NCBI GenBank assembly: GCA_965197905.1
Contig: CBDAOB010000004.1
Location: 640,001 to 704,000, forward strand
Direction of reading: 5' to 3'
DNA length: 64,000 bases
Origin: Candidatus Latescibacterota bacterium
GTDB taxonomy: Bacteria > Latescibacterota > UBA2968 > UBA8231
Part shown: in pieces, positions 57,598 to 64,000 of the stretch
Layout: each line of letters begins with the position of its first letter
How positions within the stretch are numbered: position 1 is the stretch's first letter
Program-made: the position numbers and the translations under genes
Notes under the pieces: generated by a model
The model's database searches: none
Seen by the model: only the letters and a program-made list of their open reading frames with translations
What the model was told of the DNA's origin: nothing

Positions 57598-59034
57598 TTA
57601 ATTCCACAGTTTCGGCAGTTGGTGTATCAGGGTGATCCAGGAGAAATAGCCGAAGAATCCGAGCGCCCAGAGCATGGTGAGAAAACGCACTGGACCCATC
57701 GCGATCTTGCCTTTGAGTACCCGCTTGTTGGTCCACAACAACAGCACCGAATAGAGCAACATCACACCGCCATTCATGCACGCACTGAGGACGAGGAGCA
57801 CCAGCGGCTGGTTGAGGTCGGAGAGCATGATCAGGCAGCCAAGCAGGATTTGCGCCCACAACAGGGCGAAGTAGAGCCGGCTGTCCGTCCACCGCTCGTT
57901 GTCGCGGAGCCAGTTGACCTTGATGATACCGGTCGAAATCCGCGCGCAGGCGTCCACCACGCCCAGCTCGGTGGTCAAGAGAATGGCGATCCCCATCCAG
58001 TTGAAGAGGCGCTGGAAACCGATGCCGAAATGCTCGCCGATATAGATGCCCTCGGCGCGAACGAAATCGAAGCCCGCACCCAGCTCGGTGGCGCCGCGTG
58101 AAGTGCTGTAGGAAATCAGCGACAGCAGGATCAAGGACAGCACCGCCAGCACGTAGAAGGAGACGATATGCTCCAGGTTGGCAGCCCTCCACCATGCCTT
58201 CCACCGTCCCATGTTTTCTTCTGTGTGCTCGAAATGGTACCCGATGTCGGCAACCACCTCGTCTTCACCGGTCAGCGGGCTTGTAATTCGGCCGATGAAC
58301 CGCCCCATGCCGTAACCCTTGTCGCGCACGAAATCGCTCTGGGCCAGGTTCATGGAACCGCCGGCACCGGCAAACGCGATAGCTCCCAACAGTAGCGGCA
58401 GTTCGATGTCGGGGGGGATGTAGCCGAAGTTTACGGTGCCCTTCAACATGGCCACCACGTGTTCGGCCTTGACGATGAGCGCGACCAGCACCACCAACAG
58501 CACCACGACTACCGCCACCAGAGCGCTCTGGATGATGAATACCGTCCGGTACACTACCGGACCCAAGGTCAGGGCAAGGCCGACGACGATAAGACCGGCG
58601 ATGGAATAGATGACACGGGCACCCTCGTCGCCGCCGATTTCCCACGACAGCATAGTCGCAGCCCCCGATGCCCACCCTGGCCAGACCCACGGCACGACGT
58701 TGCAGAGCAGGAAGATCCAAGCCCAGTGTTTCCAGAGCCGGCAAAACCCGGTCACCGCGGTTTCACCCGTTGCCAGCGTCCAGCGTTCGATCTCCATGTT
58801 GATGAAGAACTGAGTGGTGACGCCCAGCATGCAGGCCCAGAAAACAACGAAACCGAAGCGGTAGGTTATGTGCGGCCAGAGAATGAACTCGCCGCTCCCG
58901 ATGGAAAGCCCCAGCAGCAGAATGCTGGGCCCGATCAGCCGCACCCAGGAAGGCGCGTCGGGAAGATCGCGGTAGGTGGGCGCCGGAAGGTTGTGGCTGG
59001 GTATCAGTTCGTGAGGAACGGACCTATCTGTCAT
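57598..59034 (-). CDS. Nramp-like (APC superfamily) membrane transporter
   Basis: IGPSILLLGLSIGSGEFILWP, RWTLATGET, about 11 TM helices. Confidence 0.8.
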   Translation of the reverse strand: MTDRSVPHELIPSHNLPAPTYRDLPDAPSWVRLIGPSILLLGLSIGSGEFILWPHITYRFGFVVFWACMLGVTTQFFINMEIERWTLATGETAVTGFCRLWKHWAWIFLLCNVVPWVWPGWASGAATMLSWEIGGDEGARVIYSIAGLIVVGLALTLGPVVYRTVFIIQSALVAVVVVLLVVLVALIVKAEHVVAMLKGTVNFGYIPPDIELPLLLGAIAFAGAGGSMNLAQSDFVRDKGYGMGRFIGRITSPLTGEDEVVADIGYHFEHTEENMGRWKAWWRAANLEHIVSFYVLAVLSLILLSLISYSTSRGATELGAGFDFVRAEGIYIGEHFGIGFQRLFNWMGIAILLTTELGVVDACARISTGIIKVNWLRDNERWTDSRLYFALLWAQILLGCLIMLSDLNQPLVLLVLSACMNGGVMLLYSVLLLWTNKRVLKGKIAMGPVRFLTMLWALGFFGYFSWITLIHQLPKLWN

Positions 59035-60130
59035 ACGCTCCTTCTTTCCATGCCACCAACGGATGTTTTCGCTGGCGCATCGGAAACTCTACTCTGGCGC
59101 CGGTGATTTGCGATTCGTAGGCGCCCAATATCATTTCCAATGCCGCGATTGCATCGCGGGCCGAAGATAGCGGCTCGCCATCGTTTTCGATCACATCGAT
59201 GAGGTCGAGAACCGCCCGACGGTTACCGGCCTCTTGAAAATTCTGATCTTCGACGCCATCGAGCGGCTGCCATTTCTTGGCGGAATCCTCTGGAACCAGC
59301 GCAGGATACGGATAGATCGTGGCCACCGACCCGGCACTGGTCAACATGATTCGACCTTCGCTTCCAATGATCTCCCAGCCAAACAAGTGCGGCCGGCCCG
59401 GTTGGTCCTTTCTGGAATCGAAGAAACCGGCGGCGCCGCTTTTAAAAGCGTAGTAGCAGTTTATGCAGTCTCCGGCAATCAGCTCCAGCGGCTCGGTAGC
59501 TTCTCGGGCGTCGCCCTGTTCCAGCTCATGCCCTTCAAAGGTTACGTGAGCGCTCATCCAGTCGACATCGCCAGCGAGGAATCTCATGCCGTTCAACAGG
59601 TGCGTTCCCAACACAATCATATCTTCGCCGCCCCCGCGAGCATCCTGCTTTCCGTGGGCGTGGATGGCATTGAGGTTCCCGATTCTCCCTTCGTCGATGG
59701 CTCGTTTAGTACGTTGCAGCCCGTCCACGTGGACGGCTTGATGGGCTACGGCGATCTTCTTGCCGGCGGCATCCGCTGCGCGCACGATCTCGTCCCCTTC
59801 CTGGAGGTTTGAAGTCATTGGCTTCTCACAATAGATGTCCGCCCCAGCTTCGAGACAGGCCATCACCATCTCCAGGTGCCGGCCGGGCCAACGCGGGCAG
59901 ACAGAGGCCAGATCGGGTTTCTCTTCCTTGAGCATCTCTTTGTAGTCGGCGTATGCCCGCGGCACGCCGGCGCTCTCTTGTGCTTGCTTGCGCCCCTCCT
60001 CATCCTCATCCGCCAGGGCTACGAAATCGATGGTCTCCAGATCCTGAAAGGGCTTGTGAAGGCCATGTCCGAATCCACCGGCGCCCGTGCTGCCAATAGA
60101 AACTGCTCTGTAGACTTTGCTGGAAGGCAT
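59024..60130 (-). CDS. Gfo/Idh/MocA oxidoreductase
   Basis: YADYKEML..EKPD, CEKP, GGGEDMIVLGTH. Confidence 0.9.
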   Translation of the reverse strand: MPSSKVYRAVSIGSTGAGGFGHGLHKPFQDLETIDFVALADEDEEGRKQAQESAGVPRAYADYKEMLKEEKPDLASVCPRWPGRHLEMVMACLEAGADIYCEKPMTSNLQEGDEIVRAADAAGKKIAVAHQAVHVDGLQRTKRAIDEGRIGNLNAIHAHGKQDARGGGEDMIVLGTHLLNGMRFLAGDVDWMSAHVTFEGHELEQGDAREATEPLELIAGDCINCYYAFKSGAAGFFDSRKDQPGRPHLFGWEIIGSEGRIMLTSAGSVATIYPYPALVPEDSAKKWQPLDGVEDQNFQEAGNRRAVLDLIDVIENDGEPLSSARDAIAALEMILGAYESQITGARVEFPMRQRKHPLVAWKEGAYDR

Positions 60131-60270
60131 CTTGTCTCTCCGTGAAATTTTAGCCTGAAAACTGGGGCTTCAATCTAATAACTAGCGATTGGAGCAGCCA
60201 GTCTGCCCCGGCGGACGTCGCTGCTTGCTGCCCTAAGGACAAAGGGGCATCTTCTCCGACGGAGCACGGT

Positions 60271-61014
60271 TTGAAACAATCATTGTCCCTCCGTTCTATA
60301 TTCGACCAGCTGTTCGAAGCGTTTGGGCCTCAAGGGTGGTGGCCGACAACGCCAACCGGTGATGTTCGTCCGCACTACTATCCGGGGGAAGGGTCGCGGC
60401 ACCTGGAAGAGAATGAGCAATGGGAAATCGTGGTAGGGGCGATGCTTACCCAGAACACCTCGTGGCGCAATGTGGAGTCCGCCTTGACCGGTCTGTGGCG
60501 GCAAGGTTTGATGGATCTCCATGCCATGGGTAGTGCTCCCTTGGATCACCTTGCGGCGACAGTGCGCCCTTCGGGATACTTCAACCAGAAGGCCGCGCGG
60601 CTGCAGAACATCGCTGCTTACATCGAAAAACGGCACAATGGCAACATAGCCGATTTCCTTCGCCTTTCGACGCAAGACCTGCGCACAGAGCTTCTCTCGT
60701 TGAACGGGGTCGGCCCGGAGACCGCGGATTCGATACTGCTCTACGCGGCTCAGGTGCCCCGTTTTGTGATAGATGCGTATACGCGGCGAATACTCGGGCG
60801 CTTGGGCGTCGTGGAGCCAGAGGTCCAGTATGATGAACTCCAGACCGAACTTGAAAGCAAACTCCCCAGGGAACACGAGCTCTACAACGAATTCCACGCT
60901 CTGCTGGTGAAGCTGGCGACCACCTCGTGCACAACGAACCCAAAGTGCCAATCGTGTTGCTTAAATGACCAGTGCACCTATTTCAAGAGTGAGTACGTGG
61001 AGAAGGCTGGATGA
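60271..61014 (+). CDS. Endonuclease III-related HhH-GPD DNA glycosylase
   Basis: GPQGWWP, GAMLTQNTSW, PSGYFNQKA, LLSLNGVGPETADSILLY, VIDAY, C-x6-C-x2-C-x5-C Fe-S motif. Confidence 0.9.
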   Translation: MKQSLSLRSIFDQLFEAFGPQGWWPTTPTGDVRPHYYPGEGSRHLEENEQWEIVVGAMLTQNTSWRNVESALTGLWRQGLMDLHAMGSAPLDHLAATVRPSGYFNQKAARLQNIAAYIEKRHNGNIADFLRLSTQDLRTELLSLNGVGPETADSILLYAAQVPRFVIDAYTRRILGRLGVVEPEVQYDELQTELESKLPREHELYNEFHALLVKLATTSCTTNPKCQSCCLNDQCTYFKSEYVEKAG

Positions 61015-61745
61015 GCCGGCGACGTCAGTATTTGATCGGTGAGGTTGTCGTTGTGTCCGCATTGTGCCTGGCGTTGACGCGAACATCGCTGGCCCAGACG
61101 CTTGAGTACGATCCGTATTACGTTCTGCCAGGAGCGGCAGGGGTGGGCGGAGTGGATGTGGTATTCGCGGGGCGTGATGTTGGTGATCTCGCGGCTGCGA
61201 GCTCGCTCGATCTCTCCGCAAAGTATTCTATCACTGATAAGGTGGAAGTGGGGGCGCTGGTTCGCTCTGGCGTGCTGGACAAGGGGTTCGATTCCATCTC
61301 GGCCGTGACACTGGGGGCGAAGTACGGTTTCTCGACTGAAGTTAACTCGGCGACCGTGAATCTTGCCCTTCCTGTGGGGGACATAGAGGAGCTTGGTGTC
61401 TCAACGGGATATATGTACACGAAAGCGGTGGGTGGTCTCAGCATCAACAGCATGTTGTTGCTGGGCTGGCTGAATGCTTACAACGGGGGGAGCGGCGTTG
61501 CCATAAAAGCGCTCGTCGAGCCCACGAGACAGGTGTCGCAGATAGTGATGGGTTATTGCGACCTGATCATCGCCACGCACTCGGATGATCTAGTGGATGA
61601 GTTAGCCATCGATCTCCTTCCCAACGTCGACATATTGAAAGGGGATCGGATGGCGGTGAACCTGGGCGTACGGTTCGGAATTGCCGGAAAGCGCAAGCAG
61701 GAAGAGGTGGGATTGCTACTGGCTTTCCTTGCCATCCTACAATAA
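61011..61745 (+). CDS. Putative outer-membrane beta-barrel protein
   Basis: Signal peptide and alternating hydrophobic strands (LSAKYSITDKVEVGA, TLGAKYGF). ATGA overlap with the upstream gene. Confidence 0.55.
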   Translation: MSRRRQYLIGEVVVVSALCLALTRTSLAQTLEYDPYYVLPGAAGVGGVDVVFAGRDVGDLAAASSLDLSAKYSITDKVEVGALVRSGVLDKGFDSISAVTLGAKYGFSTEVNSATVNLALPVGDIEELGVSTGYMYTKAVGGLSINSMLLLGWLNAYNGGSGVAIKALVEPTRQVSQIVMGYCDLIIATHSDDLVDELAIDLLPNVDILKGDRMAVNLGVRFGIAGKRKQEEVGLLLAFLAILQ

Positions 61746-61746
61746 G

Positions 61747-61778
61747 AAAAGGGCATCAGAGCCAGCGCCCTGATGCCC
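61747..61778 (-). terminator. Rho-independent terminator
   Basis: GGGCATCAG / CTGATGCCC stem preceded on the + strand by AAAA (U-tract on the minus strand), lying between convergent genes. Confidence 0.6.
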
Positions 61779-62179
61779 TCTGTCGCTCGCGGCGGTTTAC
61801 TTTCCGTTTTACTCTCCACCGAAGGAGTAATACACGTTGACTCCCATCCAATCACCGGCCAGGTCGTAGTCGATCTCGGCCGCTATGGCGCCTTTCTGCA
61901 CGCCCAGCCCCGGCGTCCCCTTGATTTTCGTTTCGTCATCGTCGATGGTACCGAAAGGCCCCAAGTCCAATTCCGTAGAAATGATGTAAAGGGTCGTATC
62001 GAATTTGCCGTATAGGCGAAACGCGCTGGTGCCAAACTGGTACTTGTATCCGGCGAACGCCCCTATTGCCGTGGCGCTGGCAATATCTTCTGGAAATGTG
62101 AGGAACACGAGACCTGCGCGGCCAGGTTTTCCTTTCACTTTCTTGTTGATGCTGACGGCGCCACCGAATCCGGTGCTCA

Positions 62180-62654
62180 GTGAACCTCCACCCGCATAGC
62201 GGGTGGCCTCAGGTTGCCCCCCAAAGGGGGGCGATCACATATCGGAAAGCCCCGATGGGGCTGTCTCTCGTTGCTACTCCATTCCCAGGTCGAGCTGGCG
62301 CTTCTCCTGCTCTTCCTGATGCCGGATATACGCTCGAACCGTGCGCTCATCCAACCCTACTGTGCTCACACAATAGCCCCGCAACCAAAAATGCATCCCC
62401 TTCACACGCCGCGCCTGCATCAACTCCCAGTGAATCCGAACCGCACTCTTACCCTTCAAGAAGCCGATCACAAACGCCAGGCTGAACTTAGGGACCACCT
62501 TCAGACACATATGCACATGGTCTGGCCGCAGGTTCCCTTCCAACAGTTCCACACCCCGTTGGCTTCCCGAGGAGGAAAGAGCCTATCGTATTTCTCACCG
62601 GGTCGGTAGAACCTCCCCGGGTCCACCGCCAGAGGCGGGGGGCTTAGACCAATA
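62180..62654 (-). mobile_element. Internally deleted IS200/IS605-family element (475 bp)
   Basis: Subterminal hairpins CCGCC-TCT-GGCGG and CCACCCGC-TAT-GCGGGTGG, right end TTCAC, inserted after TTAG with no target duplication. Contains a tnpA fragment. Confidence 0.88.
62274..62552 (-). pseudogene. tnpA: N-terminally truncated Y1 (HUH) transposase
   Basis: PDHVHM HUH motif, GFLKGKS, FWLRGYCVSTVG, YIRHQ catalytic Tyr. The N-terminal YHxVxxPKYR segment is absent. Confidence 0.88.
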
Positions 62655-62956
62655 CTAAATCGCCAAAGTCGCCGACCGGCAAGGCCATTCGCGGCGATAC
62701 AGAAATGACCAGACCATCGCTGTTGTTGGGCACCATCAGCCCACAGAAAGCAATGACCACGAACAACGTGGTGATTCTTTTCATGCTAATCCCTCCCTAG
62801 TGGATTTGAAAACTTTCGCAACCTTGCTCTGAACGAAAATTGCGGGACAGTTCGGGTTGACGCAAGGGAAATCTGCGACGCTTGAGCCCTTGCGAGTTCC
62901 GCATCCAGCGAGCTATGCTGAAATGCATAACTGTCGTGGAGGAAAATCCAGAAGCA

Positions 62957-64000
62957 CTACTCGTGTACGAAACGGGGATTTCCGAAGCCGTCGTTGGTCA
63001 CGTGGCTGCGGGCGGGAATCTCTCCCTTTTCGGGAATGACCAGGTCGAGCTCGGTGTAATTCTCGACGATGGTGCCGTCCCCGATGCTTACTTCGGGACC
63101 CAACCGCACCTTTCCAGGGATGCGATCGCCGCTCTTGACGGTGGCGATTACCACCGACGAGCCGATGTGGCATCGCGGTCCGACCTCAACAAATCCGCGC
63201 ATTTCGGCGTTGGGGCCGACGACGCTGTTGTCGCCGATCTCTACGGGTCCGAACAGACCGGCGTCGGTGCCTACGAAGACGTTGTTCCCAAGTATCGGAT
63301 GTCGGTGCTGAACCTTCGTACTCAATCCCCCCAGGGTGCAAGGCAGGAGGTGGCAGCCGCTGCCGATAATACCCGTCTGGCCTGTGGTCATTCCGCGGTG
63401 GGGGTGGTCTAGGAAGTTGGCATCACCGATCGAGGTCTCGGGATGTAGGTCGGCCTGATAGTATCTACCCCCCAGCTCCGAAATCGCGCGCGGCAGCAAA
63501 GGCACCGGTAAGCGATTGATCTGTGGTGCTCCATCGACCTCGCCCTCGCGGGTAAGGGCGTGGGCAATGTCGTGGTAGAGCAAGACCCGCCAACCCGGGT
63601 AGGTGCTCATTACCAGCTGCATTTGGTAGTCGAATACGAAACTGCAGCCGAGCTCTGAAAGATAGCGGCTGTAGTGCGACTGATCTCTTTGTTCGATGGC
63701 GCGTTCGAGTTCCTGGGACAGATCGAGGCGTGCGAGGTGATCCGCCGGCAAACTGCAAGCTTGAAGAAGATAGGCGTCCCACACCGAAGGATCGCGGAGC
63801 GAAGCAAAGCGGTTCCAACGTGCACGCTCTTTCAGGGAAGGCAGATCCCAGAGCAGCGCGAAGCCCGACATCAAGGCCCTCTCTTCAACCCCATTAGTAT
63901 CGTCCACGGCCAGCAATGACTGCGCGATCATGGCGTACAACTGATCCGCGATCTCTTCGACCACCTGCTCCAGACTGATTTTCTCCCTCAGGGAAAAGGC
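62957..64000 (-). CDS. Serine-acetyltransferase-like left-handed beta-helix protein (partial, starts beyond window)
   Basis: TYPG, DLHPETSIG..NFLDH, CTLGG, RHPILGNNVFVG hexapeptide repeats. The frame is open to the window end. Confidence 0.7.
   Translation of the reverse strand, partial: AFSLREKISLEQVVEEIADQLYAMIAQSLLAVDDTNGVEERALMSGFALLWDLPSLKERARWNRFASLRDPSVWDAYLLQACSLPADHLARLDLSQELERAIEQRDQSHYSRYLSELGCSFVFDYQMQLVMSTYPGWRVLLYHDIAHALTREGEVDGAPQINRLPVPLLPRAISELGGRYYQADLHPETSIGDANFLDHPHRGMTTGQTGIIGSGCHLLPCTLGGLSTKVQHRHPILGNNVFVGTDAGLFGPVEIGDNSVVGPNAEMRGFVEVGPRCHIGSSVVIATVKSGDRIPGKVRLGPEVSIGDGTIVENYTELDLVIPEKGEIPARSHVTNDGFGNPRFVHE

Larger units (their letters stand above)
61809..62784 (-). pseudogene. 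Small outer-membrane beta-barrel-like protein interrupted by IS200/IS605 element
   Basis: The 5' part (62655-62784, MKRITTLFVVIAFCGL...ALPVGDFGDL) joins the 3' part (61809-62179, V-STGFGGAVSI...WMGVNVYYSFGGE*) in frame when 62180-62654 is removed. GGAGGG RBS. Confidence 0.82.

Noticed and set aside
56837..58204. 455-aa ORF as listed in the track
   Set aside because: Its first 200 or so codons overlap the transporter gene out of frame; the real gene starts near 57592 and is frameshifted.

Overview
A GC-rich bacterial chromosomal segment. The porX-like/tsaE pair, outer-membrane barrels, lipoproteins and many sugar oxidoreductases suggest a diderm FCB-group organism, possibly Latescibacterota-like (inference). 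Left part (1-17.3 kb): a histidine kinase/REC-PglZ regulator/tsaE/outer-membrane operon and a convergent, translationally coupled envelope operon (NlpC/P60, GT-C membrane protein, tetraheme fusion protein, TPR, peptidase-propeller-Omp85). Middle (17.4-33 kb): msrA, mog and sugar/amine metabolism genes. The most notable region is a 9.2-kb accessory cluster at 33.2-42.4 kb: HlyD, ABC exporter, a 119-aa putative precursor peptide, a CPBP protease, an S8 protease fused to a DUF1611/TIGR04066-like domain, a free ACP and a BtrH-like/PCP/epimerization-like protein. It looks like a ribosomal-peptide/carrier-protein hybrid maturation system that lacks the radical SAM enzyme and Cys-rich core of the related clostridial systems. 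Right part: an ilvC-leuA-leuC-leuD-leuB-cimA-argJ-aminotransferase-accA run headed by a near-consensus sigma70 promoter and a Leu/Ile/Val-rich leader peptide absent from the ORF track. Also present: a CTAG-flanked MITE-like element, an internally deleted IS200/IS605 element that splits an outer-membrane protein gene, and three frameshift/deletion lesions. All family assignments come from motif recognition, not database searches. No rRNA, tRNA or CRISPR array was seen.
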